Shown: positions 38,729-49,253, numbered from the stretch's first letter. The stretch: 64,000 nt of DNA from Puniceicoccaceae bacterium (GCA_040830765.1 JBFOMH010000007.1:38356-102355); one strand, 5' to 3'. Made by a program: numbers and translations. The notes: generated by a model not told the origin, from the sequence alone.

Positions 38729-39352
38729 CTAGCGGATTTCAACCTCACCGCCAGCCGTCTTGATAGTGGCGATTAATTGAAAGGTCTCGGCCTCCTCAAC
38801 CTCCACTTCGGTACCAAGGGCCGTAAGTGCCTTGCGCACCTGCTCCGGTTGAGGATGCTGGATTCGCATACCGGAAAATTGACCGATGCCGGGAGCCTGT
38901 GGCGCCGGATGAGGCGTGTTTCCCCAGTTAATGAGGAAGGGAACAGCCCCGTTAAGCGGCATCGCATAGGGATCGGTCAGCGTCCAGGATACGACGGTTC
39001 CGTCCGGCTTGACCCGCTTCCCCGGTTGGATGGCCCCAAGCCTCACTCCGACCAGGGTCGCCGACTCTACCGTCGATTCGATCGACTCACAGCGCAGGAC
39101 CCAGGTCACGAGTCTCGGCTGTTCAAAGCCATTGGGACCGAACAGCATCTCGCGCCCGCTGATGTCGATTCCCGGTAGCGGGGCAATGATCTCCAGATAC
39201 ATCTGAGGTCCAAGGGACAACTGGGCATTGTGCGTCCCGTAGTCGGGGTGTTCCCCGCCAAGGATGGCGCGCACCCCGAACCGTTCTTCAAAAATGTCCC
39301 GCCCCATCTCGAGGTCAGGCACGGCAAAAATCAAATGATCAATCTTATTCAT
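38729..39352 (-). CDS. Glyoxalase-like (Glyoxalase_3) protein
   Basis: IDHLIFAVPDL, GGEHPDYGTHN, YLEIIA and PFLINW motifs. Confidence 0.85.
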   Translation of the reverse strand: MNKIDHLIFAVPDLEMGRDIFEERFGVRAILGGEHPDYGTHNAQLSLGPQMYLEIIAPLPGIDISGREMLFGPNGFEQPRLVTWVLRCESIESTVESATLVGVRLGAIQPGKRVKPDGTVVSWTLTDPYAMPLNGAVPFLINWGNTPHPAPQAPGIGQFSGMRIQHPQPEQVRKALTALGTEVEVEEAETFQLIATIKTAGGEVEIR

Positions 39353-39359
39353 GTGCGCC

Positions 39360-39884
39360 TTACGCCGTTATCCAATAGGTTCGCTTCTGTTTTACGAGCT
39401 CCGGGTAGTCGGTCTTGCCCGCAAACTCCCCGCCACACTTTTCAATGACTCGCCGTGATGGCAGGTTATCCACGTCACAGGTGATGAAGATTCGCTCGAT
39501 TCCCATTGAGCGGCAGATCGTCAGCGACTGCTCCAGCATCTCCGTTGCGTATCCCTTCATGCGGAACCGTGGCACGACGGCATACCCGATGTGGCCACCG
39601 ATCCGGGCCAGGAAGTCATTCAGTTCCGTCCGTAGCGAAAGTCTCCCGACAACTTCCCCATCAACAACGCCCACATAATAATGGCAGGGAACCCATCCTT
39701 CGGGAAGCCGCTTCCCAAGGGACCAGTCTTCCAGCAGTTGGAGATACTCTCCGAAGTCGCTCTCCTCTGTCCATTGAAAGGCAAACTCCAGCGACGCGTC
39801 GCCCTCTTCCAGTTCCCGCGCCGCCCGCCTGAAGGACGATTCGTCCTCCGCTTGCAGCTTCCTTAATTCCAGTCCGGGGGCCAT
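39360..39884 (-). CDS. GNAT N-acetyltransferase
   Basis: GGHIGYAVVPRFRMKGYA and NLPSRRVIEKCGG motifs. Confidence 0.88.
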   Translation of the reverse strand: MAPGLELRKLQAEDESSFRRAARELEEGDASLEFAFQWTEESDFGEYLQLLEDWSLGKRLPEGWVPCHYYVGVVDGEVVGRLSLRTELNDFLARIGGHIGYAVVPRFRMKGYATEMLEQSLTICRSMGIERIFITCDVDNLPSRRVIEKCGGEFAGKTDYPELVKQKRTYWITA

Positions 39885-39935
39885 AATTAGCTCAGATGTC
39901 CAAATCGATACCAGGAAGAATCTTTGTTACCCGGG

Positions 39936-40346
39936 TCAGGACTCGATGGATTCGTCATAGCAGACAAACTCAATCCGGTTTCCTTCCGGATCGCTGAAGA
40001 AGAGGCTTCGCCACTTCACCCAGAGATGCACCGCTGTATCGACGGCTATCCCCAGGCTCTCAAGCCGTGCCTGCTCCTGCTCCAGGTCCTCGAGCTGAAT
40101 CGTGAAGGCAAAGTGATCGATCGTCGTCTTGGCGCTGTCGATACCGATGTAGTCATCTGCGGATGACCGGTCAAAAAAGGCCAGTATCTGGGTGTGCCCG
40201 GCATAGCCTTCGGCAATCCGAAAAAAGGTCATGTTCTCTTCACGGCGCATCACTTCCAGCCCGACAACATCCTCATAAAAGGCGGTCATTCCCGGGATGT
40301 CATTCACCCGTAATGCTATCTCACCGAGTGCCTTGATATTCTTCAT
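39936..40346 (-). CDS. VOC/glyoxalase family protein
   Basis: LGEIALRVND, DHFAF and SLFFSDPEGNRIE motifs; start moved to MKNIK. Confidence 0.85.
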   Translation of the reverse strand: MKNIKALGEIALRVNDIPGMTAFYEDVVGLEVMRREENMTFFRIAEGYAGHTQILAFFDRSSADDYIGIDSAKTTIDHFAFTIQLEDLEQEQARLESLGIAVDTAVHLWVKWRSLFFSDPEGNRIEFVCYDESIES

Positions 40347-40365
40347 AATATTCAGTCTTCGTTCA

Positions 40366-40932
40366 TCATTGGTTCCCCAGCAAGTATTCCTTTGCTTGCT
40401 CGAGGGTCGTGCAGAAATCCTCTGTGGTATCAAAATAAGGCAGGTCGTGTTCCGCGCAACCCTCCCGTATCAAACGGCTGTGCACGACCATGTTCTGGAT
40501 GTGATCACGGATGTAGGCATCCGACTCCTGGGTCAGCCAATCAACCTTGTCCACACTGTGCTTTTTTATTTCCCGCAACTTCTCCTCAACATCAACCGTT
40601 GTGTAGCCAAGGAAAACGATCCGGACCTTATCGGGATGGCTTTCAATCAACTCCCGGATCCGCGCGGGAAGGATCGCTTCGCCCTCAACCACGTAATCGA
40701 TACCGGACCAGATCATGCTCTCGCACATCGCCTTCAGATAGTCCCAGATCCCATCCGCGATCTCGTCCGGCATCAGCTTGTCATGAATCCCCAGCTGCGG
40801 CAGCCCGTTGGTGAAGCCCATCACCAGCCAGTCCAGCGACAGGTAGGGAATGCCGTGTTCTTCCAGTATCCGTTCCGCGATAATGGTTTTTCCCGATCTG
40901 GAGGCTCCGCTGACTAGGTACAACATGGACAC
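40366..40932 (-). CDS. P-loop kinase-like protein
   Basis: Walker A GASRSGKT; VVEGE. Confidence 0.7.
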   Translation of the reverse strand: MSMLYLVSGASRSGKTIIAERILEEHGIPYLSLDWLVMGFTNGLPQLGIHDKLMPDEIADGIWDYLKAMCESMIWSGIDYVVEGEAILPARIRELIESHPDKVRIVFLGYTTVDVEEKLREIKKHSVDKVDWLTQESDAYIRDHIQNMVVHSRLIREGCAEHDLPYFDTTEDFCTTLEQAKEYLLGNQ

Positions 40933-41085
40933 GTTCCTTATCGTGTCATGTCAGACCAAGGTGTCCCGTTTGTCCACAGATAGTTTTCATCACCTCCACT
41001 CGTTGCGCACTCCCGGTGTATGGCCTTTACAGCCCACTCGAATTCCCCTAATGATCGGGCCCGCCTCTCATTCTCTCTCATCATC

Positions 41086-42918
41086 ATGAAAACCAAATTC
41101 CTGTATCTGGCCCTCTTGGCTTGTCCCTTTTCTGCGCTCTCAACCAATGCCGCCCTGCAAGTGTCGATCACGGGTAAAATCAATTTTGACCCGACCAATC
41201 AAAGCCGGGTCGGAGTAACGATTGACCTGGCCTTAATCCTCAATCCCGACCCGCAGGCCGGACTGGAAACGATCTTTTTCTCTGACTCCATATCGGAGTG
41301 GCAGATCACCTCCACGGCAGGGACCAGTATCTTCACCGGCCTGACCAGCCCTGATCTGACGGGCACCCTAAGCCTGCGGGACGATCCCAATGAACCGATC
41401 GAGAAGGTGCGCACCCGGCCGGGCGGGGAATTTGACATTATCGTGACATCGAAGCACGAGAGCCAGACCGGCCTGAGCTATGGCATCTACCCGGTTATCG
41501 GAATCGATGTCGTCTTGAAATCCGATATTGCCTTTGCCATGCCGGGAAGCGCAACCGCCCTGGAGCCGTACCTGATGACCTATGCGGGAACCTACCCCGC
41601 GAATGCGGGCAGTTTCATCTCCATCCAGACAACCGGCGGAACTGTCACCCTTGATGCCACAAGCTTCTCTATCGGCGAACCGCCCCCGCCACCGGAGGCA
41701 ACTTTCGAGTACACCATCGCTGATGGCGAAGTCACCATCACCAAGTACAATTGCGATGCGCCTTTTGGAGCCGAAATCACCATCCCCTCGACCATCGAGG
41801 GACTTCCCGTGACCCGGATTGGGTACCGGGCCTTTTACGATTGCCGGGAGGACTTTTCCGTCATTGTCCCGGACAGCGTAACAGTCATCGAGACGGAGGC
41901 CTTCGGGGCCTCCGGGCTGACCAGCATTTCCATCCCCGACAGCGTGACGGAGCTCGGAGATGCCTGCTTTAATCTGTGCAAGGTGCTGACCACGGTCGTC
42001 TTCGGGAATGGCATCACCGTCATTCCAGAGAATACTTTTCAAGCGAGCTTCGAGCTTGTTGACGTTACGTTCGGTAATCAGGTAACAACGATTGGACCAG
42101 GAGCGTTTCAGAGCACTGGGTTAACCAATCTGACCCTTCCCGATACGATAACCTCAATAGCTGACGCGGCTTTCCGAGGAACTAAGCTGATTCAGATCAC
42201 GATTCCCGATTCCGTGACTTCGTTCGGTGCGGGAGTATTCTTCCAATGCGCTACGCTGGAGACAGTCGTCATTGGGGATGGTGTACCCGCCATCCCCGAC
42301 TCCACCTTCCAGTTCTGTTCCTCCTTGTCCGAGGTCACTATCGGTAAGAGTGTCACTTCCATCGGTCTCCAGGCCTTCGCAAGTTGCATTTCCTTGAAGG
42401 AATTAATCCTGCCCGAACAGGTCACCAGCCTCGCAGATGGCGCGTTTTCCAGCAGTTTATCATTCGAGGCTCTTTACTGCCTCGGCGCTCCTCCTGCAGC
42501 AGGCAGCTTTCTCTTTCTGGGCGGTTCTCCAAGTATCAAGGTCTATTACATCGAGGGCTATCCTGACTGGCCCGCCAGCTATGACAATGCACCCACCGAG
42601 GCTTTCGATCCAGACTGGCTCTGGGGCCGCTATGAGTATGTTGACGTCGGGCCAACCCGTTACGTTGACACCGGCAGCTGGCTGGGCTGGATGGATGTGA
42701 CCCTGGCCCCATGGGTCTGGCACCTCGGGACGAACAGCTGGCTCTACATGACCGAGCCCATGGCGGCCGCCAACAGCGGTTGGTTCTATATCCCGAACCT
42801 TGTCCTGAGCACACCCGACCTCTGGATTGTCCGGGAAGGTGAGTCCGACTTTGCTTTCAGCTATGGGCTTGGCAAGTGGCTCTATGTCACCGAGTCCGGC
42901 TGGGTCTACATGTTGTAG
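41086..42918 (+). CDS. Secreted BspA-type leucine-rich-repeat surface protein with a Trp-rich C-terminal domain
   Basis: Signal peptide; repeated IPDSVT.IG..AF..C..L units; tail DTGSWLGW..PWVWH..WLY..GWFY. Confidence 0.85.
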   Translation: MKTKFLYLALLACPFSALSTNAALQVSITGKINFDPTNQSRVGVTIDLALILNPDPQAGLETIFFSDSISEWQITSTAGTSIFTGLTSPDLTGTLSLRDDPNEPIEKVRTRPGGEFDIIVTSKHESQTGLSYGIYPVIGIDVVLKSDIAFAMPGSATALEPYLMTYAGTYPANAGSFISIQTTGGTVTLDATSFSIGEPPPPPEATFEYTIADGEVTITKYNCDAPFGAEITIPSTIEGLPVTRIGYRAFYDCREDFSVIVPDSVTVIETEAFGASGLTSISIPDSVTELGDACFNLCKVLTTVVFGNGITVIPENTFQASFELVDVTFGNQVTTIGPGAFQSTGLTNLTLPDTITSIADAAFRGTKLIQITIPDSVTSFGAGVFFQCATLETVVIGDGVPAIPDSTFQFCSSLSEVTIGKSVTSIGLQAFASCISLKELILPEQVTSLADGAFSSSLSFEALYCLGAPPAAGSFLFLGGSPSIKVYYIEGYPDWPASYDNAPTEAFDPDWLWGRYEYVDVGPTRYVDTGSWLGWMDVTLAPWVWHLGTNSWLYMTEPMAAANSGWFYIPNLVLSTPDLWIVREGESDFAFSYGLGKWLYVTESGWVYML

Positions 42919-42984
42919 GGGGAAAGCTAACCTGAGCTCTTATTGCTTCAGCGGGCCAGCATAGCCTGTTTCCATGCCGCCCTT

Positions 42985-43377
42985 CTATTCAATCGGGGGG
43001 CCCAGTAATTTGAGCCCATGTTCTTCAAAGAACGCCGGCAGGTCGCTGAAATCGCCTGAGACCAGCTTGGCAAAGAATGCCTCTGAGTCCCCGGCCGGGA
43101 ACAATTCGAAATGGATCACCGACTCCCCCTCACTCTTGTTGATGAATGCGTGTTTCGCTTTCGGAGGAATCAAGGCTATCCCGCCGGCGTGGACATCCAG
43201 TCTTTCTCCATCCACTTCAAATTGTATGTGGCCGGAGATGACATGAAAAACTTCATATTGGGTTTCATGGGTATGCAGCGGCGGTCCGCCGCCCGGCTGC
43301 ACAATCTCCTCGAAGCCGGCAACCGTCCCTTCGGTATCGTTGCCGGAAACAATACATTTGATATCCAGATTCTGCAT
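42985..43377 (-). CDS. Cupin domain protein
   Basis: GPPLHTHETQYE and IPPKAKHAF motifs. Confidence 0.82.
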   Translation of the reverse strand: MQNLDIKCIVSGNDTEGTVAGFEEIVQPGGGPPLHTHETQYEVFHVISGHIQFEVDGERLDVHAGGIALIPPKAKHAFINKSEGESVIHFELFPAGDSEAFFAKLVSGDFSDLPAFFEEHGLKLLGPPIE

Positions 43378-43421
43378 AGTTCTTCCAATCCTTGATTGTT
43401 AACGGGGTGGTTTGTCTTCAC

Positions 43422-43745
43422 TCAAGATAGACAACTTTTCGGGATCCATCCAATCCCAATCTTACTCTCAACCCGCAGCCAGCCACCACACTCGGTCAGG
43501 ACTTCTATGGCCTCTCCTGCCGGCAGCTCCAGTTCCCGGGCGTCGTAATCCTCAAGCGCTGTCACATAACCATCCTCAACGAAACTGAACGCGCCTACCG
43601 GAAAGTAGCCCTCGACACCTTTTCCATCCTCGCCCAAAAACCACCCGGGATTCTTTTCATCAAGCCGGAGGAAGGTGACCCGTTCCCCTTTCCCGACCTT
43701 CGGGAAGGTATCAAAGGATGGACTGTGGGCTCTCTTAGTCCGCAT
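43422..43745 (-). CDS. Tandem SH3-domain protein
   Basis: GW..EGYFP, then ALEDYDAREL..GW..GWIP. Confidence 0.7.
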   Translation of the reverse strand: MRTKRAHSPSFDTFPKVGKGERVTFLRLDEKNPGWFLGEDGKGVEGYFPVGAFSFVEDGYVTALEDYDARELELPAGEAIEVLTECGGWLRVESKIGIGWIPKSCLS

Positions 43746-43836
43746 TCACTTAGTCAACCGACAAACACCGGGACTGCAAGAATGCGATTGACTGAATGCC
43801 AAACCTTACTGGGCGGCCATCTGGGTTTGGTCGAGG

Positions 43837-44184
43837 TCAGCCATCTTTCGGGTGCAATATGGCATGTCGCACAACATCCCTGATGTCGTCCAGGGGAAGC
43901 ATGTCCTTCTCCTTGAAATTGATGCACCCCTTGCCCGTTTTGACGTTGGGATGCTTTTCCTTGAAGCCCTTGATGTGATGATAACCACAGGTGTACAAGG
44001 AGATATAGTTCTTCTGGTTGGCAATCGCCACCCAGCCATCCTCGTGACGGTAGGTCGGCATCCTGTACGACAAATCCACAATGGCGTCTGGGAATTCTTC
44101 CAGAATGGTTTCATGCAGGGAAAGAATTGCCGATTTCCGTGCATCCGGGACAGCGTCGAAATATTCCTTAACAGTCTTGTTCAT
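43837..44184 (-). CDS. DUF1801 (YdhG-like) protein
   Basis: SYRMPTY, QKNYISLY and TGKGCINF motifs. Confidence 0.82.
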   Translation of the reverse strand: MNKTVKEYFDAVPDARKSAILSLHETILEEFPDAIVDLSYRMPTYRHEDGWVAIANQKNYISLYTCGYHHIKGFKEKHPNVKTGKGCINFKEKDMLPLDDIRDVVRHAILHPKDG

Positions 44185-44208
44185 GGGCTGGCCTGATCTG
44201 ACAGTGTA

Positions 44209-44835
44209 TCAGCGATCGCTGTCACTATCACCTTTCACCTCGGGGATGGCGACGATCGATCCCTCAAAGGATATCCTCGGGTCGCTGACGTCCACAAGCT
44301 CATTCAATTCGTAGACATTCCTGTAACCATATCCAAACAAATTGATGTAGGTCGGAACATTCAGGGCCATCATCAGGGGCTTTTCCTGGGCCGCAAACTG
44401 TTCGGCTGGCTGTATCCGGACAGACCTCGGGGGGAGAACAGCCTTTGTCGCAAAGTCCACCTGATTCCCTTCAAAGTTGTTATTGCAGTAGATCAGGACA
44501 GTTGTCTCAAAGGTGGGGATAATCCGGGCCAGGTTATCTTGAGTAAAATCTGAAAAATTCAGGTGCCGGGCACCCTTGACATGAATACGTTCATAACGAA
44601 ATGCAGAACGGGTATCCAAGATCACAACGTCCTTTTTCTCAGCGAGTTCAAGGAATTCATCCAGACTGATCAGTCTCGCCTTGCGGTGTTCCTCAACGTC
44701 AATGACCAAGGTCTTGAAATCGTGAAAGTCCACCTTGGCTTTCGGATATTCTGTTGTTCCGGTTGCCAGCGGGGCACTCATTAGGATGAATACGGCCAGG
44801 AGGCCACCGGCTGCTTTCGATAATTGTGGCTTCAT
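44209..44835 (-). CDS. Secreted rhodanese-like domain protein
   Basis: ILDTRS, HVKGARHL and LIYCNNN motifs. Confidence 0.78.
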   Translation of the reverse strand: MKPQLSKAAGGLLAVFILMSAPLATGTTEYPKAKVDFHDFKTLVIDVEEHRKARLISLDEFLELAEKKDVVILDTRSAFRYERIHVKGARHLNFSDFTQDNLARIIPTFETTVLIYCNNNFEGNQVDFATKAVLPPRSVRIQPAEQFAAQEKPLMMALNVPTYINLFGYGYRNVYELNELVDVSDPRISFEGSIVAIPEVKGDSDSDR

Positions 44836-44981
44836 TGTCTTTTCTCCTTCCCCGGCTGGCGTAGAGCCAGCCGTCCTTGGCAATAAGTGGTCGGGGCTTT
44901 CATCGTTCGAGAGGAACTGCCCGGCGACAGGGCGAGTATCGCCAGAAAATTTCCGAATGGGTCAACCCACTCCAGAGGCGG

Positions 44982-45368
44982 TCACGCTGTATCGTTTGCC
45001 TGCAGCATGATGAAATTGCCGCAGGTGTCTTCAAAGATATTTTCCAGCCCCCACTCCTTGTTCGCCAGGTCTTCCCTGAAAATTACCCCCTTCTCCTTTA
45101 GTCGCAAAACTTCTTCCGCAGGATTGTCGACGCCGAATATGATGACCGGAAGCCCTGCCTGATAAACCTTCTCCTGGAACTCCTTCACAAAGGAATCACC
45201 TCTTGGCTCCAGTAGCAGGGCACTGCCATTGGGGTCCTCCGGCGATACCACAATGGCTAGCTGCATTTCCGCATCAAACTGCTTGGATTGCATACCAAGC
45301 ACTTTGGTATAAAAATCATGTGCCTTGAGCGGATCGTCCACCGGGATACTTGTTAAGGCAATTTTCAT
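44982..45368 (-). CDS. VOC/glyoxalase family protein
   Basis: TSIPVDDPLKAHDFY and FEDTCGNFI motifs. Confidence 0.85.
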   Translation of the reverse strand: MKIALTSIPVDDPLKAHDFYTKVLGMQSKQFDAEMQLAIVVSPEDPNGSALLLEPRGDSFVKEFQEKVYQAGLPVIIFGVDNPAEEVLRLKEKGVIFREDLANKEWGLENIFEDTCGNFIMLQANDTA

Positions 45369-45435
45369 ACGGATTGTGATTGTTTGTTTGCCCGGACGCT
45401 CAACTCAGGCCCTGGACGCCTGTGGCAGAACCCCT

Positions 45436-45630
45436 TCATTCTTTGGATAAGAGGGCTGCAACGACTAATCCGGTTCCACTACCTATGATAATGCACCCCA
45501 GGAAAGCGAATACAGAAGTGAATCCAAATACGCCTTCCGGAAAAAAGAAAAATCCAGCTCCTAATCCGAGCATGGAAAATCCCCCTATCGCGAATCCTAT
45601 TTTACTGTCCCTGTTGTTATCCTCATTCAT
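45436..45630 (-). CDS. Small two-TM membrane protein
   Basis: GGAG upstream of the ATG; two Gly-rich hydrophobic helices. Confidence 0.6.
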   Translation of the reverse strand: MNEDNNRDSKIGFAIGGFSMLGLGAGFFFFPEGVFGFTSVFAFLGCIIIGSGTGLVVAALLSKE

Positions 45631-45757
45631 ATCACGACTCCTACAAAATCCATTGAGGCCCGGCCATCCTAAAATTCAGAATGAGCATGGTTCGATAATA
45701 GGCCACGAAAGTTGACCTCCGAAGCTCTAAAGGGAAAACATGGGCACCAGGGAGGGC

Positions 45758-46186
45758 TCAGCCCTCTGGCACTTTTTCATAAACAAAAATCATCCCCTCG
45801 TTGTTCATCGAGAAGGTCTGGCCGTCGATTGTTCCAACGGTTACCCCGGCGCCAATCCAATTCATCGTCAGGGTCTCCCCGTCCTGCGTGAAGGTTGCCT
45901 TTACTTCCCGGATTATTTCCTCCCCGGAGAGAGGCTTGAAAACAGTGAGACTGTCACAGTTTCCTCCTTCAGAAAATACAAGCTTTCCTTCAAGAACAAC
46001 CATGGAGACTCCCCCGTGAGCCAGTTCGGCGGGCATGGTTTTACCGTCTACTTCAACCAACCGGAAGGTTCCGGTAATTTCCAATCCTGAAGGCACTTCT
46101 TCAGGACTACAGCCAAATCCAAAGATGCCTACTGCCAACACCATGAGGAGGATGGTTGGGTTCGTGTGTCTATGGTTAGTTTTCAT
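45758..46186 (-). CDS. Lipoprotein, lipocalin-like
   Basis: GFGC lipobox; ITGTFRLVEVDG; AGGAG RBS. Confidence 0.65.
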   Translation of the reverse strand: MKTNHRHTNPTILLMVLAVGIFGFGCSPEEVPSGLEITGTFRLVEVDGKTMPAELAHGGVSMVVLEGKLVFSEGGNCDSLTVFKPLSGEEIIREVKATFTQDGETLTMNWIGAGVTVGTIDGQTFSMNNEGMIFVYEKVPEG

Positions 46187-46298
46187 TTTTCTCCTTCTTT
46201 TGGAATCGTCAATTTGACGAGGTTTGTCGAAACCTATGGTACCCGAGACCGCCCTTTATGGCTAGATATTAATGGGAACTCGACGCCTGCAGTCGGCA

Positions 46299-46796
46299 TT
46301 AATGAATCCTCTCATCTCCAGCGTGTGGTCCTCTCTCTTCAAAAATCAGTTCCATGTCGTAGTTCCGGAGCGCGACGCCCCTAAGGATGACCTCTTTCTC
46401 CTGGACTACGGTAAATCCTAGCTTTTCAAACAGTGGTTTCGCACTGATTGAAGCCTCTACATACACTTTCTCCAAGTCCATCCGGGAACAGACTTTTACA
46501 GCGTGCCTGACCAATGCGCTCATGATTCCCTGTTTCTGGTAGTCGGGATTGATGTACGCGCAGTCGATGTGCCCGTCCGGGTCCAATTCCAGGAATCCGG
46601 CTAGATTCCCATCCTTCTCGCAAACAAATGGGCGCTTTAATTCGCAGCGCTTCGCCCAGCGCTCGTAGTTTGGCTCCTTCGATGACCAGGCCAGACATTG
46701 TTCCTCTGTATACACCTCAATGGCTATCTCGTGGATTGCCCTGCAGAAGATATCCGCAATCGCCCTTTCGTCCCCGTACTGGAATACCCTGATCAT
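46299..46796 (-). CDS. GNAT N-acetyltransferase (YafP-like)
   Basis: GHIDCAYINPDYQKQGI and EASISAKPLFEKLGF motifs. Confidence 0.85.
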   Translation of the reverse strand: MIRVFQYGDERAIADIFCRAIHEIAIEVYTEEQCLAWSSKEPNYERWAKRCELKRPFVCEKDGNLAGFLELDPDGHIDCAYINPDYQKQGIMSALVRHAVKVCSRMDLEKVYVEASISAKPLFEKLGFTVVQEKEVILRGVALRNYDMELIFEERGPHAGDERIH

Positions 46797-47356
46797 GTCT
46801 GAGCTACCCACTTCCTTGCCATCCGGAGCATCGACTCTTCCTTGGTAAATTCAGGTACTTCCGAAATGGCAATCCAGCTCAAGTCGTGGGATTCCTCACT
46901 CACTGTGTAATCCTCGCTACCCATATTCATGACGGCGAACCGTATGTCATAGTGATAATGATCCGGCTCGGAGCCCCTCGCGGGTATCAGGTGTATATCG
47001 ATGTCGAAAATTTCAGTGCCCAAGGGAGCCACTTCCTCCAACCCGGACTCCTCTTCCACCTCGCGCAAGGCAACGGCAAGAATGTCCGGATCCCCGTCTG
47101 CGTGGCCTCCCATCTGCAACCACCGGTTCAGTTTCCGGTGGTGGGTCAGCAGGACTTTCTGGCCGGTTGCATCCACTACCCAGGCAGAACCGGTGACATG
47201 GCCTTCAGCCAGCGATCTCTGGAAGCAGTCCTCATTGTCTGATACGAATTGTGAGAATCTTTCAACGGTCGCCGATTCTTCAGGATAGGTTTCTCCATAC
47301 CTGGCAAGCATACGCAATATCGATTCCCTGGTCATTGGAATATCAAAGTTATCCAT
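46793..47356 (-). CDS. NUDIX hydrolase
   Basis: GGHAD....VALREVEEESGL Nudix box. Confidence 0.9.
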   Translation of the reverse strand: MDNFDIPMTRESILRMLARYGETYPEESATVERFSQFVSDNEDCFQRSLAEGHVTGSAWVVDATGQKVLLTHHRKLNRWLQMGGHADGDPDILAVALREVEEESGLEEVAPLGTEIFDIDIHLIPARGSEPDHYHYDIRFAVMNMGSEDYTVSEESHDLSWIAISEVPEFTKEESMLRMARKWVAQT

Positions 47357-48560
47357 GAAGCCGTCGAACCGGAATCTTGGATGGCTTCATCCCGAAGAGG
47401 AACCTGGTCACTGTGTTCCTCTTTATCAGCTGGTAGAGCAGAATGGATGAGGGAATGGCCGTCATTGCAATTAAAGCAAATTTAAGAAACAGGCTCATGG
47501 AGAAGGATACGATATAAAATCCAATTATTACGATCATCGTCTGGTGCAACAGGTAAATCGGGAGGATGCTGGCGTTGGCCGGCATGAGTATCTTGTGGGT
47601 GAAGTTCATTGTCTCGGCAAAGTATCCCAAAAAGAACAATGTCCAGCTGATGGCGATAAACGAGGCAATTACCGTATTCGCAAGATGAAGCCAGTTGAAC
47701 TCCGGGGAAATGTAGCTCTGTACCATCTCAGCATTTGTGGATCCCAAATAAAGGAAGATGCCTGAACTAAGAATTCCGGTGAACAATAAGAGATGTCTTT
47801 TGCTTTTAACAAAAGCTATCATTTCGCGTTCTGCCACAAACATGAATCCGTAGACAAAGGGCCACAGGTAAAATAGAAAATCCGACCAGTCGGTATAGTC
47901 TGGATAGAGAGGTTTAAGGAGAAATCTGCAGGTCACCATTGGTACAACCAAAACATAGACTCCAAATCGGGTTGAGAGAATATCCTTCAACCAAGCTAAG
48001 GAAATCTTCCCTTCCCTGATTCTTTTAAACAAGGGCATGCAAACCATTGTCATTACGAACAGGTATGGCAGATACCACAAGTGTGTCCCTAGATGTCCAA
48101 ACCATAGCAATACACTTGATCCCATTTTAGCGCCTAGTTGGTCCACCGGATAGACCATCAGGAATTTCCAAATCCCTTCCTCAAAGTCCCTGAACATTGT
48201 CCATTCGAAGTATCTCTGCGGGGGGATTAAAATGAGTATCCCAAAGATAAAGGGGACAATGAGTCGCTTTATTCGATCAAGGAGGAATGTTTCCCTGCGT
48301 GCGCGCATGGCGAACCATGTACCCGCTCCCGAAACCAGGAAAATCAAATGCATCCTCCACCCATGGGTGAACATGGTAAGGACATCAAAGATGACATGCT
48401 TTTCCTCATTCTTGATGTGCCACTCAAAATGATCAAATGGTCTCCAGGAATGGAAAATAAAGAGCAGCCCGAATGCCAGTAACCGAAGCCAGTCCAAATA
48501 ATAGAGTCGCTCGGTCTGCTGGGGGATTGGTTCATGATTAACTGAATCAGGTGAATTCAT
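47349..48560 (-). CDS. Acyltransferase family 3 (OpgC/MdoC-like)
   Basis: RLYYLDWLR, WRMHLIFLVSG, HLWYL and PIYLLHQ motifs; multiple TM helices. Confidence 0.85.
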   Translation of the reverse strand: MNSPDSVNHEPIPQQTERLYYLDWLRLLAFGLLFIFHSWRPFDHFEWHIKNEEKHVIFDVLTMFTHGWRMHLIFLVSGAGTWFAMRARRETFLLDRIKRLIVPFIFGILILIPPQRYFEWTMFRDFEEGIWKFLMVYPVDQLGAKMGSSVLLWFGHLGTHLWYLPYLFVMTMVCMPLFKRIREGKISLAWLKDILSTRFGVYVLVVPMVTCRFLLKPLYPDYTDWSDFLFYLWPFVYGFMFVAEREMIAFVKSKRHLLLFTGILSSGIFLYLGSTNAEMVQSYISPEFNWLHLANTVIASFIAISWTLFFLGYFAETMNFTHKILMPANASILPIYLLHQTMIVIIGFYIVSFSMSLFLKFALIAMTAIPSSILLYQLIKRNTVTRFLFGMKPSKIPVRRLHG

Positions 48561-48749
48561 TAAGCTATGATTGGTCCTCTCTCAGTTAACAGCATAGTCC
48601 GGTCCTGTGACTCCCATTGCTCCTGAGAAAATATCGTTGGATGACATTCTACATCGCATTATCAGGCACCCCGCAAATACTCAACACTATCCCGAACAAG
48701 GCGTGACCCGATTAACGCTCCATTCTTCCAATTAATAGCTTCCTTTCAA

Positions 48750-49253
48750 TCATGCCCCTCTGCTATCCGGCGTCTGGCTTCCAAATCCAAAGTCCGAGAT
48801 GACGCCACTGCGATATCGCTCCAGCTCCTTGTATAGATCAGCGAATAATGCGTTCTGAGCACAAAAGGGCTTACAACCTGGTTGGTCCATAAACTGTGCA
48901 GCTTCCCTGGCGAAGACACTCCATTCCTTAACCGGCAAGCTGCCTCGTTCGTACAGCTTGAATAGTTTCCACCATTGGTTCGCGTAACATCGGAGTATGA
49001 AATTGAACTGGACAATCTCCTCAGAGCTCAGGCTTTCGGGGTTTTGACACCCTCGATCAAGCAGGGAAGCAAGCGGTGGAGTACTGGCGACAACGACGTT
49101 TATGTCATTGAACCCAGTCATGGTGCTTTCGTAGGTAGCCGTCGCGACAGCGGCCGTGTTCTGCCTCACCTGAACGGCGAGGTAAATGAGGGTGAACAAC
49201 ACAGCCAAGGCGCCAACTAGTTGACCGACTGCGGCTATTGCTTCCCAATTCAT
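48750..49253 (-). CDS. Hypothetical protein with an N-terminal TM helix
   Basis: MNWEAIAAVGQLVGALAV..YLAVQVRQNT; AGGA RBS; follows a decayed attC in reading direction. Confidence 0.7.
   Translation of the reverse strand: MNWEAIAAVGQLVGALAVLFTLIYLAVQVRQNTAAVATATYESTMTGFNDINVVVASTPPLASLLDRGCQNPESLSSEEIVQFNFILRCYANQWWKLFKLYERGSLPVKEWSVFAREAAQFMDQPGCKPFCAQNALFADLYKELERYRSGVISDFGFGSQTPDSRGA

Noticed and set aside
48690..48730. Possible attC remnant (CCCGAACAAGGCG...)
   Set aside because: I found no complementary arm or family similarity; too weak to call.
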